Assembly (NCBI GenBank): GCA_010093995.1
Contig: ML992506.1
Span: forward strand, 1,355,617 to 1,419,616
From: Elsinoe ampelina
Lineage: Eukaryota
DNA length: 64,000 bases
Direction: 5' to 3'
Both the position numbers and the translations under genes were made by a program. The notes beneath the pieces were generated by a model. The model was not told the origin of the DNA, did no database searches, and saw only the letters and a program-made list of their open reading frames with translations. This document shows, piece after piece, positions 1 to 11,606 of the stretch. How positions within the stretch are numbered: the stretch's first letter is position 1; each line of letters opens with the position of its first letter.

Positions 1-1396
1 CCTACTCTTTAAGTAAAGCCCCTTATATTCTAACGAGCCTTATATCTTTTAACTTTACTATTAGTAAGCTTCTTAGTCTTAAAGACCTATTTACCTATTA
101 TTAGCCTAACACCTCTTAATACCTAAAATTTCTTAATAATTAAAAAGGTTTTAGAGTTAGTTAGAGCCTTCTACTCTACCTCTATTATAGCTTACTAGTA
201 ATAACCTTTAGGAGAGAATAGTATATCTCTTACTATTTATAGGTCTAGCTTAAAATTAATAGCTATAGATCTAATAATCTTACTATTATTAAGTTTCTTA
301 TAATTAATCTAGCGATGTATTCTAAGGGACCTTCTAATAGTTTCTTATAGTAAGAGAGATCTCTTCCTTTTACTAGTTAGAAGTTATATATTAAATAGTA
401 TAATAAGGAAGTTAACATTCTTATTCTATATATATATTAGTAGTTAATTAACATTAACTATAGGATTAAAGGTTAAATATAGTTTACTAATAACTTTAAG
501 TAGTAGTATTATAAGGTCTTTACTCTTATAATTAGTAATAATAAGTTGCTTTCCCTATTTATTAATAAGTTAAGGATCTAGTTTAGGATGTTAGTATTAC
601 TCCTCTTATTCTTTAATAGGGGTAGATAATTGTTATTTATATCTAGGGATTAAAGAGTAGTTAGATGTTAGTTGTTTAGCTTAAGGTTATTTAGCCTAAG
701 TAGTTTATAGATTTTTATAACTAAAGGGTAGTTAATTATAGCTATAGTCTTAATTATAATTACTACTAAATGTCTACTCCCCCTAAAGCTATAAAGCCTT
801 AAGTTGTTATACCTATAGGATATATAGCTATCTAATAACTTATATTACTTAGTCTTTATAGACTATATTCTTATTAAATGTTATATAGGGTAATATAATA
901 ATCTTTCCCTTCTAGGCTTACTAAGTATAATACTAATAGAGTATCTAGATAAGGTAATTAGTTATTAAGTTGTTCTATATGCTAATATGCTAACTAAGTA
1001 GTGCTCTAGCTTAGAATTTCTATAATTTAGAAATATGTTAGTTATAGATATAGGCTCTATAGCCGAAGCGTCTAATATAAGTTAATAAGACTAGCCTATT
1101 ATTATTAAGAAGATCCTTTCTTAGCTCTTATATAAAGATCTTCTTAGTTTTAGTATAGATAATCCTATTACTAATATAGATTATAAACTCTATAACTATA
1201 TACTAGAGTTTAAGGGGTACTTTATAATTAATAAAGATATACCTTACTCTAAGAATAACTACTTTATTAGTAGCCTTAGATTTACTATTTTAGTATTAAG
1301 TATTAGGTATAGAGATGTTCTATCTCTACCCTTTAAGATAAATAGCTATTACTAGTTTATAGTTCTTAAATTTACTTTCTCTATTAGAGATAAAGA

Positions 1397-1727
1397 NNNN
1401 NNNNNNNNNNNNNNNNNNNNNNNNNNNNNNNNNNNNNNNNNNNNNNNNNNNNNNNNNNNNNNNNNNNNNNNNNNNNNNNNNNNNNNNNNNNNNNNNNNNN
1501 NNNNNNNNNNNNNNNNNNNNNNNNNNNNNNNNNNNNNNNNNNNNNNNNNNNNNNNNNNNNNNNNNNNNNNNNNNNNNNNNNNNNNNNNNNNNNNNNNNNN
1601 NNNNNNNNNNNNNNNNNNNNNNNNNNNNNNNNNNNNNNNNNNNNNNNNNNNNNNNNNNNNNNNNNNNNNNNNNNNNNNNNNNNNNNNNNNNNNNNNNNNN
1701 NNNNNNNNNNNNNNNNNNNNNNNNNNN
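1397..1727. other. Assembly gap (331 N) inside the retrotransposon
   Basis: Run of N seen directly. Confidence 1.
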
Positions 1728-3278
1728 GCTAACTTCCTTTCTATCCTTTATTAAGGATTTGCTAACTATAGAGATACTAAATTCCTCTTTATTCTAAAGA
1801 TTAGATATAAGGGTGTTTAGTAATAATAGTAAGTATATATAATTATAAAGCTTAATAATTAACTTCTTGCCTTTACTATTAGTTAGAGTAAGCCTAACTA
1901 TATTAACTTCTATATTAAGTAGCTTCTTTATACTAATAGCTTATTTAAATTTAAGAACACCTTTATATACCTTAATTATTAAGAACTATAACCTATCTTT
2001 AATAAAGTACCTTAACACACTAGAGTTATAAATTACTCTATTCTTACTATAGATTAAGAATAATAATATAGATACTACTACTACCCTATAGACTAGTATA
2101 ATAATATTAATATTAGTGTTAGAGCATTTATCTAATTTACCTACCTTAGTAGGTTCTCTAGATTCTTTAATAGCTGCTTAACCTCTAACTTTCTTAGTCT
2201 TTAACTTGTTACTTCTACCTTTAGCCTTTATACCTTTATTATTTAACTTGTCTTTATTATCCCTTTTACTCTAACTCTTTAGTACTTTCTTAGAGTACTA
2301 CTTAAAGTAATCTATATTAGAGTAGACATAATAAGTATACTAAGTATATTAATCCTTAATATAACTAGCTACTCTATAAATAGAGTTTAGATTAGTTCTT
2401 CTATTATATAGGGGCTTCTATATTCTAAGAGAGTCTATTATCTCTTTAAGACTCTTCTTATAGTTAAGGCTAGATCTTTAGCTCCTTAACTATTTAGTAG
2501 TCTCTGTTTCTATAATAAACATAGTCTTAATATAGTATAGAGGGAGCTTAAACTTATCTAGTTTAGTACTAATAGTACTTACTCTTTACTCTATAGTAAT
2601 AGTATATTAATAATAGTACTTTATAAAATCTTTATAGTACCTTTAGGTATTATAACTTATTATAATTACCTTATTAAGGTTATAGATAGCTATATATAGC
2701 TTATATAAAATAATAAGTTTAAATGTAGCTTTAATAGTGTCTAGAAGTTTCTTTAAAGTCTTCTAAGTTATACTATAGTAAGGTCTAATAGATTTATAAA
2801 TCCTTATTATAATAACACTATAAGCAATTCTATTATTCTTATACTAGGTCTTATTCCTAACTTTATAGACTACCTTAGTGCCTTTACTAGTATCTAGGGC
2901 TAGTTCTTTAAGCTTTATAACTACTAGTATCTAGTTAATGTTATAAATTATATATCTAAGTATATCCTTTTTAAGGAGAGCTACCTTAAGAGTTAATCTC
3001 TAAGTATTATAGTTACTTCCTCTCTTAAGAATCTAAGTCTTAAGCATTTTTACTAATCTAGATATAATAATAGTAATTAGCTAAAGGCCTATTAATTAGA
3101 TTAATATAATTAGCTTATTTAAGCTGTTTAAGTCGTTTAATTAAAGGGTTAATATGGGCTACTATAAGTGTTTGTCTTAATATAGCTAGTCTAGAATTTA
3201 GTGTAGGCGGCTTAGTAATCCTTTTAATAATAACACGCTTAATTTGCTACAGCTTTAAGTGCTTTTATAGAAGCGCCA

Positions 3279-3289
3279 GGCTTATAACC
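3279..3289 (-). promoter_or_regulatory. Primer-binding site of the Copia element
   Basis: The - strand reads ...AACA|GGTTATAAGCC, a RIP-type version of the GGTTATG(A/G)GCC half-tRNAiMet PBS typical of copia-type elements, directly after the LTR terminal CA. Confidence 0.75.
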
Positions 3290-3431
3290 TGTTATAACTA
3301 GCAAATCGGATCGAGAGACGTGTATTTCATTCAGAGAGTTATAATAACCGATTTATCTACTGTGCGTGCGCTGACTCATCAGTGCCAGTTCTTCAGTACC
3401 AGAGAAGCTGTACTAGCCTTCCATTACAACA
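3290..3431 (-). repeat. 5' LTR (142 bp) of the Copia element
   Basis: Bounded by TG...CA with a short terminal inverted repeat TGTTATAA (3290-3297) / TTACAACA (3424-3431), one transition mismatch. It abuts the PBS on one side and host coding sequence on the other. Confidence 0.8.
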
Positions 3432-3836
3432 GAAACGGCACCCGTCGTTGCCTTCATCGCGGCCGGAGTCGGCATCACTCCACTCTTACCATCCCTCGCG
3501 ACTCTGGATCTGTCCAAGCTGAGACTACTCTGGTCCATACGATCATTTGATGCAGGCCTGGTAGGGAACATACTTGATGCTCACCCTGAGCTGGCTAGGG
3601 GCCTCTCTTTATATGTCACGGGAGACATGCCTGGCAATGATGCTGCCAGAGAATCAATGCTGAAGGTGGTGGCTTCAGGTGCGCAAATTGAGCATCGACG
3701 TATCAGCAAGGAGGACGTGAACAGTCTGCACGGTGAGGTGAGGAGATGGTATGTGTGTACAGGGACGGCACAGAGGAACATTATTCTACCGTGGCTTGAA
3801 GGGCAGGAAGTGCTGTACGAGGACTACAACTTTTAG
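3432..3836 (+). pseudogene. 3' fragment of an FNR-like FAD/NAD(P)-binding oxidoreductase gene interrupted by the LTR
   Basis: Open frame starts right at the LTR end with no ATG: ETAPVVAFIAAGVGITPLLPSL...LLWSIR...WYVCTG...EVLYEDYNF*. It has the FNR NAD-binding motifs AxGxGITP, YxCG and a terminal ExF-like motif. Confidence 0.85.
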
Positions 3837-4183
3837 GATCAGATATGTGATGATGCATATGCAGTAATGAATCCAATACTATCAATAGCTTGTGCTACTC
3901 GAAGAGCTAGTGCTGTGGTAGAAAAGGGGTTCAGGGGTGGACGTCAGTGTGGGGAAAGGTCCCTCCTCCCAGACTTCCAGTCCTTCCAGTCAGGCTGCGG
4001 CGGCCGAAACACGAGGTTGGAGTGACACGAAGCTCGGCTCAAGGAGAGCTCACCTGCATCTACCCAAAAATTGCTACCAACTTCTTCTTCCTCGTCAGTA
4101 CTGGCAGCCTGCATTGATTCCATTGCAAAGCCTTCGTCTGCACTTCCCCACTCAATTGGCCATCAGTCCGCCGCTTTGCAGAC

Positions 4184-5568
4184 ATGACCTCCCTCCAAGT
4201 CCCTAGCAGGCCAAAGAGCGCCAACCCAACCACGAAAGCGGTCATCCTTGTTGGCGGTCCATCTCGAGGCACAAGATTCCGACCTCTTTCACTCGAGCAG
4301 CCAAAACCTCTCTTCGAGATCGCTGGACACCCAATCATCGAGCACTGCTTTGCTGCCATTACCAAGGTTCCATCCATCAAGGAGGTGTTCATCGTTGGTT
4401 ACTATGAAGAGTCGGTATTCAGGGACTTTATTAAGGATACAGCAAAGGCATTCCCCCACATATCGGTGCGCTACCTCCGCGAGTATACCGCGCTAGGTAC
4501 CGCTGGTGGTCTGTACCATTTCCGCGATGCTATCCTCAAAGGACACCCAGACCGTTTCTTCGTCCTCAATGCGGATGTCTGCTGCTCTTTCCCGCTGAAT
4601 GAGATGCTCAGGCTCTTCGAATCTACCTCTGCCGACGCTGTCATCCTGGGCACTCGTGTCTCGAATGAGGCTGCGACCAACTTCGGATGCGTCGTCTCGG
4701 AACCAGAGACCAAGCGCGTTCTGCATTACGTCGAAAAGCCCGAATCACACATCTCCAACCTCATCAACTGCGGTGTCTACCTCTTTTCGACTGAGTCCAT
4801 CTTCCCTGCCATCCGAAGCGCCATAAAGCGTCGGTCCGACAGGCCACGTCTGGTCTCCTACCCCTCGTCAGATGCGCTTGACCAGCAACAGATACCCAGC
4901 CTCGCGGACGACGATGACGATGACGAGAAGAAGAACGAGGTCATTCGCCTGGAACAAGATATCCTCTCGGACCTTGCAGACACATCCAAGTTCTACGTTC
5001 TCGAGACCAAGGACTTTTGGCGTCAGATCAAGACTGCTGGCTCTGCGGTGCCGGCGAATGCTCTCTATCTCATGAAGGCTTTCCAGCAGCAGAGCGAAGA
5101 GCTCGCGAAGCCATCAGCAGTCATTCTTCCGCCTGTCTATATCCATCCTACTGCGCAGGTAGACCCGACGGCAAAGCTTGGCCCGAATGTTTCAATTGGA
5201 CCTCGTGCGAAGATTGGCGCTGGCGCAAGAATCAAGGAGTGCATTGTGTTGGAAGATGCTGAGATCAAGCACGATGCCTGCGTCCTATACAGCATCATTG
5301 GCTGGGGTAGCAAGGTTGGCGCATGGGCACGTGTTGAGGGTACGCCGACGCACGTCAAGGAACATTCAACGAGTGTGGTCAAGAACGGTGTGAAGGTGCA
5401 GAGCATCACTATCCTGGGCAAGGAATGCGGTGTTGCAGATGAAGTCAGGGTACAGAACTGTGTCTGTCTGCCATTCAAGGAGCTCAAGAGGGTAAGCAGA
5501 ATACTCCTTCACCGCCTGAAAGTGACACTGACTTGCAACAGGATGTATCGAACGAGGTCATCATGTAG
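4184..5568 (+). CDS. GMPPA: Mannose-1-phosphate guanylyltransferase, alpha/regulatory subunit (GMPPA-type)
   Basis: KAVILVGGPSRGTRFRPLS motif with the 2-aa insertion typical of GMPPA, YVEKP motif and C-terminal hexapeptide LbH repeats. Intron 5492-5541 (GTAAGC..CTGAC..CAG) gives the end ...KRDVSNEVIM*. Confidence 0.93.
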
Positions 5569-5790
5569 AGAACTCGGTAATCAACCACGTCAGCACAGAA
5601 CAGACACTCAGGTGACAATCGTTGGAGGCGCAAGGAAGACAAAAGCATATCAAATGGCATTGAATTCAGATCGCCGCTCTAGCCTAGACTTTTATTGATG
5701 CCATGAAGAATGGAACGCCCGCTATGAATACCAACCATGCAGATCCGTCATCCATATCAGCGTATATACAACTTCCCTTTGGTCCGTTTC

Positions 5791-6966
5791 CTAGTACTCC
5801 AGCCCCTTCTTGATCGCCTCATAGACCCTGACCACATCCGGGAAGTTGAACTTCTCGTACACCAGCCCAGGATGCGTGCTCCACCCAGCCACCCTTTGCA
5901 CCGGACTCTCCAATCTCAAGAAGCACTGCTCCTGCAACGTCGCCGCCACCTCTGCTCCGACCCCAGCATTCACCATGCTCTCATGGACCACCACCGCCCT
6001 CCCCGTCTTATTCACACTCTCAATCACCGTCTGCCTATCCCAAGGATAAATCGTCCTCAAATCAATCAACTCCACGCTACACCCAAAATCCCTCTCCGCC
6101 TTCTCAATCGCATCACTACACGTATACAACGGCGTCCCATACGATACGACCGTCACATCCTTACCCTCCCTCAGCACCTCAGCCTGACTCAACGGAATCT
6201 CATACCGCTCACTCGGGACATGCTCCACCGTGGCCCTGTACAATATCTTCGGCTCCATAAAAACCACGGGATCCCGACTCTCAATCGCCGCCAACAACAA
6301 CCCCTTTGCCTGCGCCGGGCCCCTCGGCACCACCACCCTCAACCCAGGCACATGAGTGAACAAACTCTCCGGACTCTGACTATGATACAACGCGCCATGC
6401 CCGACACCCCCGCACGGCATCCTCACCACCAACCCACCACACCCCTGCCCCTCCGCGTTCGTGCCGGCGCGGTACCGTATCTTGGCCGCCTCGTTCACCA
6501 ACTGGTCAAAGGCCGGGTAGACATAATCCGCGAACTGGACCTCGGCGACGGCCTTGGCCCCCTCCATGGCGGCGCCGATGGCGAACCCCACGATCCCTTG
6601 CTCCGACAGGGGCGTGTTGAAGACGCGCTCGTCGCCGAATTCCGTCGCGAGGTTCATGCTGCATCGGAAGACGCCGCCGAAGGCTACGTCTTCGCCGAAG
6701 AGGAGCACCGAGGGGTCGGTGCGGAGCGCCGTTGACAGGGCGGAGTTGATGGCTTGGAAGAGGTTGAGGCGGGAGGTGGAGCCGGAGCTGGCGGAGGGGG
6801 GGAGGGAGGGGAGGGAGAGAGCGGATTTGGCCGTGTGGTGGAGGAGGGGGGTCGTGGAGAAGTCGGTGGGGAGGTTTAGGCGGGCGGAGGGGGGGTGGGT
6901 TGCGTAATGGCGGCGGGGGATGCGGCGGCCGTTGAGGCGGAGGGGGAGGCGGAGGGAGGTGAGCAT
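5791..6966 (-). CDS. BCKDHB: 2-oxoisovalerate (branched-chain alpha-keto acid) dehydrogenase E1 beta subunit, mitochondrial
   Basis: FGEDVAFGGVFRC, FNTPLSEQGIVG, EVQFADY and GHGALYHSQSPE motifs. Likely start MLTSLRLPLR (Arg-rich presequence) at 6966. No introns. Confidence 0.93.
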   Translation of the reverse strand: MLTSLRLPLRLNGRRIPRRHYATHPPSARLNLPTDFSTTPLLHHTAKSALSLPSLPPSASSGSTSRLNLFQAINSALSTALRTDPSVLLFGEDVAFGGVFRCSMNLATEFGDERVFNTPLSEQGIVGFAIGAAMEGAKAVAEVQFADYVYPAFDQLVNEAAKIRYRAGTNAEGQGCGGLVVRMPCGGVGHGALYHSQSPESLFTHVPGLRVVVPRGPAQAKGLLLAAIESRDPVVFMEPKILYRATVEHVPSERYEIPLSQAEVLREGKDVTVVSYGTPLYTCSDAIEKAERDFGCSVELIDLRTIYPWDRQTVIESVNKTGRAVVVHESMVNAGVGAEVAATLQEQCFLRLESPVQRVAGWSTHPGLVYEKFNFPDVVRVYEAIKKGLEY

Positions 6967-7415
6967 GGTTGGCGAAGAGGGTGTCATTGTTGGTTGTGCA
7001 TGTCGTGAGGAGGGAGAGAGGGTGTGGGTGCAGAGAATTGAGGTGTTGTGGCCGTGATGTGTGGTGCGGTTAAAGGCGGCTTTGGAGGGGAGTGAGGTAG
7101 AGTTGTCACGAGTCAGGGGAGCTGCCTCTTTCAGGGACAAAGATCTGGGGAGAGCCGCACGTTTCCTATGCTCATTCATTCAGAACTAGCATATTCACTA
7201 GGTGGTAACATTGATGAGGATAGGGACTCTCCAGGATGACACTGATGAAGCAAAGTATGATCAATTTCTTCCCCGCACATGCCCTCCTCTGTTATCCCTC
7301 GAATGCAGCAACGCTCAGAATGCTCTGATACTTATACATGTACAATGCTATGTCCCTTCTCCTTCACTCACTTCATCTCTGCGCCCTTGAAGGTGATGGT
7401 TCTGAGTATCCACCG

Positions 7416-9874
7416 CTACTTTCCCAACAACGGACTCGTCTCTGCGCCTCCATTACCCTTCTTCCCATTCTTCTTGTTTCTCTTCCCACTCTTCTTTTTC
7501 TTCTTCTTCTTGTCTGGTTCGGGCTCATGATGCTGCGCTACCCCATTGCCCTGACCATTAATCTGTTCTGTCTTGCCAGACCCCGAGCCATTCCCGGATC
7601 CGGAGCCTTCGTTGTCGCTAGAACTATGGGTTTCGAGGACCATCTTCTTCATGCCACCAACGTGAACGAGATTCTCAGTAATGCTTCCAGATCTGGCTGC
7701 TCGGCGGACTTTGCTGGGTCGTCGTGAGCCTTCGAGCTCTCCCAAGGTGGAGGTCGATGACGCAGAAGTGCGTCGACTGTGGCTTGACGATGGTCGTGAT
7801 GCTTGCTTGCCTGGGACCTCGAGCGTCTTGGACTTGGACATCTCTTCATCCTGGTGTTCTCGAAGTTGCGAAGGTGGATTGGCAGCCTTTTCTCGAGCAA
7901 ATTTGGAGGCTTCAGCCGCTGTCCTGGGGGAACCGGAAGCAAATCCACCCTCCGCTTCGATCTGCTGGTTTAAGGATGCCTCATCTTCGATACGGATCGG
8001 AGGATTGAGTCCCATAGTACCATAACCTTGAGCGAGTGCCATAACGCCGTCCCTAGCGTCCGCTCCGGCAGAACGCACGATACCTGTACCTACACCACCC
8101 TCGGGTGCTCCGTTGATGCTTGCCGGTCGCTGGCGAACATCGACAGGACCAGATCCAGCTTCATGATGAGCCGGGGCTTCTGGGATAGTCCCAACACCAG
8201 GCTTGATCTTGACTGAGGTGTACTTTGTAGCCTTAGGACGACTCGCGACGTTGCTGGGACCCAAGTGACGGAGGTGCTGTCGCATATCTGCTGTGTTCGA
8301 TCGGACAGCCACTGGACGTCCTTGTTGACCTTCGGTACCACTGCTCCGCCTTCTAAGCAGGAATGTAGTTTCGCGAGACTCGTTGACGGAAGATTTGCGA
8401 CTGGCATTGACATCTCTCTTCTTCGCGCCGCCCTCGACATCGGAAGCTTCGACCTCCGATTCTTGCACAGTGCCTTCCTTCGCGTCGTTAGCGTGGTTGT
8501 GATGCTTGGTGTATCTGGTCCGTGGAGCTGGAGCGATTCTGCGAATGGCACGATGAACATCAATGAAGACGTCAGATTCGTCAATAATTTCCCTGTGGCA
8601 TGTCAGATGTGCAAGGGTGAATGCGTATCGCTGTAAAGACTTACTCGCCAATCAACTCCTCAATGACGTCTTCCAATGTCACTACACCCTGCGCGCCTTG
8701 GTCCTGTCCTGGGAATTCTGAGACCAGGACCATGTGCGATTTACCTTCCTGGAAGAAGTTGACGATGTCGAGACAGCTTGTATCCGGTGCAGTCTCTGGC
8801 AACGTGGCGAGGGCAAAATCACGGACGCGCAGAGAGTCTTCTGGATCGTACGTGATCAGGATCTTGACAAGTAGCATGCCAATGAAGTTGCTCGGGTTTT
8901 CGGGAGCGTAGATGGGAATTCGTGAGTATCCTTGTGAGAGAATTGTGTCCATCATTTGTTCGTCCAGGATAGTATCCGCAGACATGGTAAACACATCGTC
9001 CATGGGTGTCATGATGTCGCCGACTGGCTTTTCTTTCAGGTCTAGAACAGCACTGATGATGGTGACTTCATCCTCGTTCAGTCGATCGGTGGGCGAAGGG
9101 CCAAGCGACTTGTGCAGCGTGACCAGAGTCTTAAGACCAGCTTTCTTGTACGTGGTACCGTGGTCCTCGCCAAGCAGCCAATCGAGTAGCTTTGCAGTCG
9201 GCCATGCAACAGGTGACATGATCCACATAAGTGCGAGAACGAACGGTGATGCCCATGCTCCTATGCTAAGACCATACCTGACACATACAGACTGTGGTGC
9301 AATTTCGCCAAAGATGACTACCAGTGATTAGCATGCTTGTGCCATCAATGCACTTCATCAATGACTCACCAATAAGGACTGTAGAGCTGACCACAGCAGG
9401 CCAGCCACCTCCCAAGGACCTGTCCAGGACAATGGGCAAAGTTTCATTCGTGATGACATTGCTCAGAAGCAGAGTCACCAAAACCCAATGCTTGCCCCTC
9501 TTCAACAACTTCAACACCTTCTTCGCGTGCTTCTTCTCCGACCCCTCGCCAGAAGTCGCAATGACCTGCAAGTATATCTCATCCTGACCCATCAACGCAA
9601 TCGTCAGCCCCGCAAACGCACCGCCAAGCAGCACAAGAGCAATGGCCGTCCCCAAGTACGCCCACAGACTAGCATCTTCCGGAGACTTTGGCGCCTTCTC
9701 TTCGAAGCTGCGCACCGACCGTGACAGTATCGGCGCCGCATAAGAAAGCGTCGGGTGCAATATCGATGCCGCTAGGAGCTTCGCGAGAGAAAATGCCGCA
9801 GGTGATACAGACGACCGGGGACCGGAAGAGCTCCCAAACCGGGCCGGCACGAGAGCTCCATGTTGCGACGACAT
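7416..9874 (-). CDS. MAM3: CNNM/DUF21 + CBS-pair membrane protein (Mam3-like metal homeostasis protein)
   Basis: [44 protein letters not shown] and [22 protein letters not shown] motifs. Introns about 9318-9369 and 8593-8644 join the three ORFs. Confidence 0.92.
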
Positions 9875-11579
9875 TCGCTATGAGGAGGAGGGGGGTTATT
9901 GTCGTGGAGGAGTAGGCGCAATTGGCTTTTGTGCCTGGGCGGGTGTGAAGTGTCGGACGTTGAAGAATCTCAAGGATTGGAATTATGACGTGCGGTGGAA
10001 GAGAAATCAGAGGTCGAAGAGGTCGGGAGGGCCCGAGCTTGCGCGCCTCTTTGCTCCGCTTTGATGGACATGCGCGAATTTTCGGTGGGGAGTTTCACAA
10101 GTGGCTCATCATGGACGGGCAGTGTGTGGGATATATTGCAGGATGTGATCGTGAGGCTCCTCTTATGTTTGCACGATGTATGGAAGTAGAAGAGAATTTG
10201 CCATGAAGCTGTTCTGTCGGAGCAGCTCCATGACTGCTGCAGCCAAGGTCGGCTTCAGATCTCGGTGGAGCAAGGATGTGAGATCTTCAGGTACGGAGGG
10301 TCCACCAGACACATTCAGGCACGTCAGGGTCTTTCAGATATAGCGGACGTATTTCGATACCGCGCATGGAAAATACTGTCTGTTCAGATAAGGAGTCTGA
10401 GGGCTGCACCTCGTTCAGGACAAGTGGATACGATGGCTGTTATTTTGCCTCGCTGATGAGCTTCATCACCAACAAATCCAACGAATCTTAGAGTGAACAC
10501 GACGATTTGCTGGGATACTTCATTGGTTGTCATATTTGTCGTCTCACTGACCCCTGGCGATTCGATTCGGTAGAATGATATCTCCTTGACTCGCGCGTCC
10601 ATCATTGCATCTATTCGTGTCCTGGACGCATAGCACTCGTGTCTCCAAAAGTACATATGATCCCGGCACGCTAGGGCATGTGATGCTAGATGCAGCACAT
10701 GTACATGGTTCTCAAACGGACTTCTGCAAAGACCCGTTCATGACCAGGCGTTCTCGCTGTCCGCTGCCCACGTAATGATGCACATATCATAAGACTCGCT
10801 GCATATCCACGGCACTCATGCCACTGAGGACAGACTCCTGCCCTCTCAAGTTCCACCCCAGGGCGATCTGCGTGGGCTCAGATAGCCTGTCGCACAAGCC
10901 GTAAGTCTGGTCACTGCTCGTGAAAGCTGTCGCTGCGGTAAAGGTCATCTGCTAAGCTGTTCTCGACTGCGAAAAACACCAACAAGACTTCTGATACTGT
11001 GAGATGGACGCATCAATGATGGATGACTCGTGCTGTCTTGACAACTGCTTCTAGACATCGGATACAGGAACAACAAAGGAGAGCATAGAAGCGACGAATG
11101 ACCAGACGGCGAAGGCCTACCTACTGTGCTGTGTGGTAGCTTCTTCGAGACAAAGGTAGCGACGAGCACAACGGACCTGCTGCACCTCCACATCAACTGG
11201 GCAACAGTCCAAGTAAAAGCAAAGCCAGACATTGCAACGTCCAAGCAGTCCATCAGAGAAGAAAAGATCATGACGAGATGTCCGACGACTCCCCGCCTGC
11301 ACGCCCGTTACCTACCAGATGCGCTGTCAACCGGATCGAGGCGATCACATCCAGACACTCTCCCTCCCACTCTCCACGTCTGTCAGCGCAGATGACCTTT
11401 CCCCGTCCTACCCATCTCCTCGGAGTCGTTATCCCTGCATTCGCGTAATCTATCCCAGCATCACGGTATCTCAGCGTGGGCCCGCCTCCCAAGCCAGAAG
11501 GACGCAGCAAAAAAAATGTGATGAAACGATCTAGCCGATGACGCGAAGTGTGCTAGCGAACCACGTTGCTGGGATGTGC

Positions 11580-11606
11580 GGGGGGGGGGGGGGGGGGGGG
11601 GGGGGG
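11580..11606 (+). repeat. Poly-G homopolymer (27 G)
   Basis: Seen directly. Confidence 0.95.

Larger units (their letters stand above)
1..3431 (-). mobile_element. RIP-degraded Ty1/Copia LTR retrotransposon (5' LTR-PBS-gag-PR-IN-RT; continues left of the window)
   Basis: Very AT/TpA-rich and CpA/TpG-depleted. Motifs on the - strand, restored by reversing C>T/G>A: 3047-3001 M..ILKRGSNYNT* (gag L.G.NY..W); about 2040-1981 RVIYNSSVLRYFIKDRL*F (protease DSGASRHF..DRSWF); about 1080-930 IRRFGYRAY...KF*ARA..YLI*I (post-integrase SH3 RFGCRAY..KL..RA..Y.IW); about 110-1 GK*VFKTKK...VKRYKAR*NIRGFT*R (Copia RT KWVFK..RYKAR..RGF.Q). The order PR-IN-RT is diagnostic of Copia. Confidence 0.93.

Noticed and set aside
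5737..6735. 332-aa + strand ORF and other long antisense ORFs (31393-32142, 38696-39262, 45960-46769, 62915-63607)
   Set aside because: Shadow ORFs opposite or overlapping well-supported, codon-biased genes, with no motifs.
7205..7330. Possible C/D snoRNA (two TGATGA, CTGA, and a 9-nt GATAGGGAC that resembles, from memory, an antisense match to LSU rRNA)
   Set aside because: The putative guide is short and not adjacent to a D/D' box, there is no terminal stem, and it lies antisense to the MAM3 3' end.
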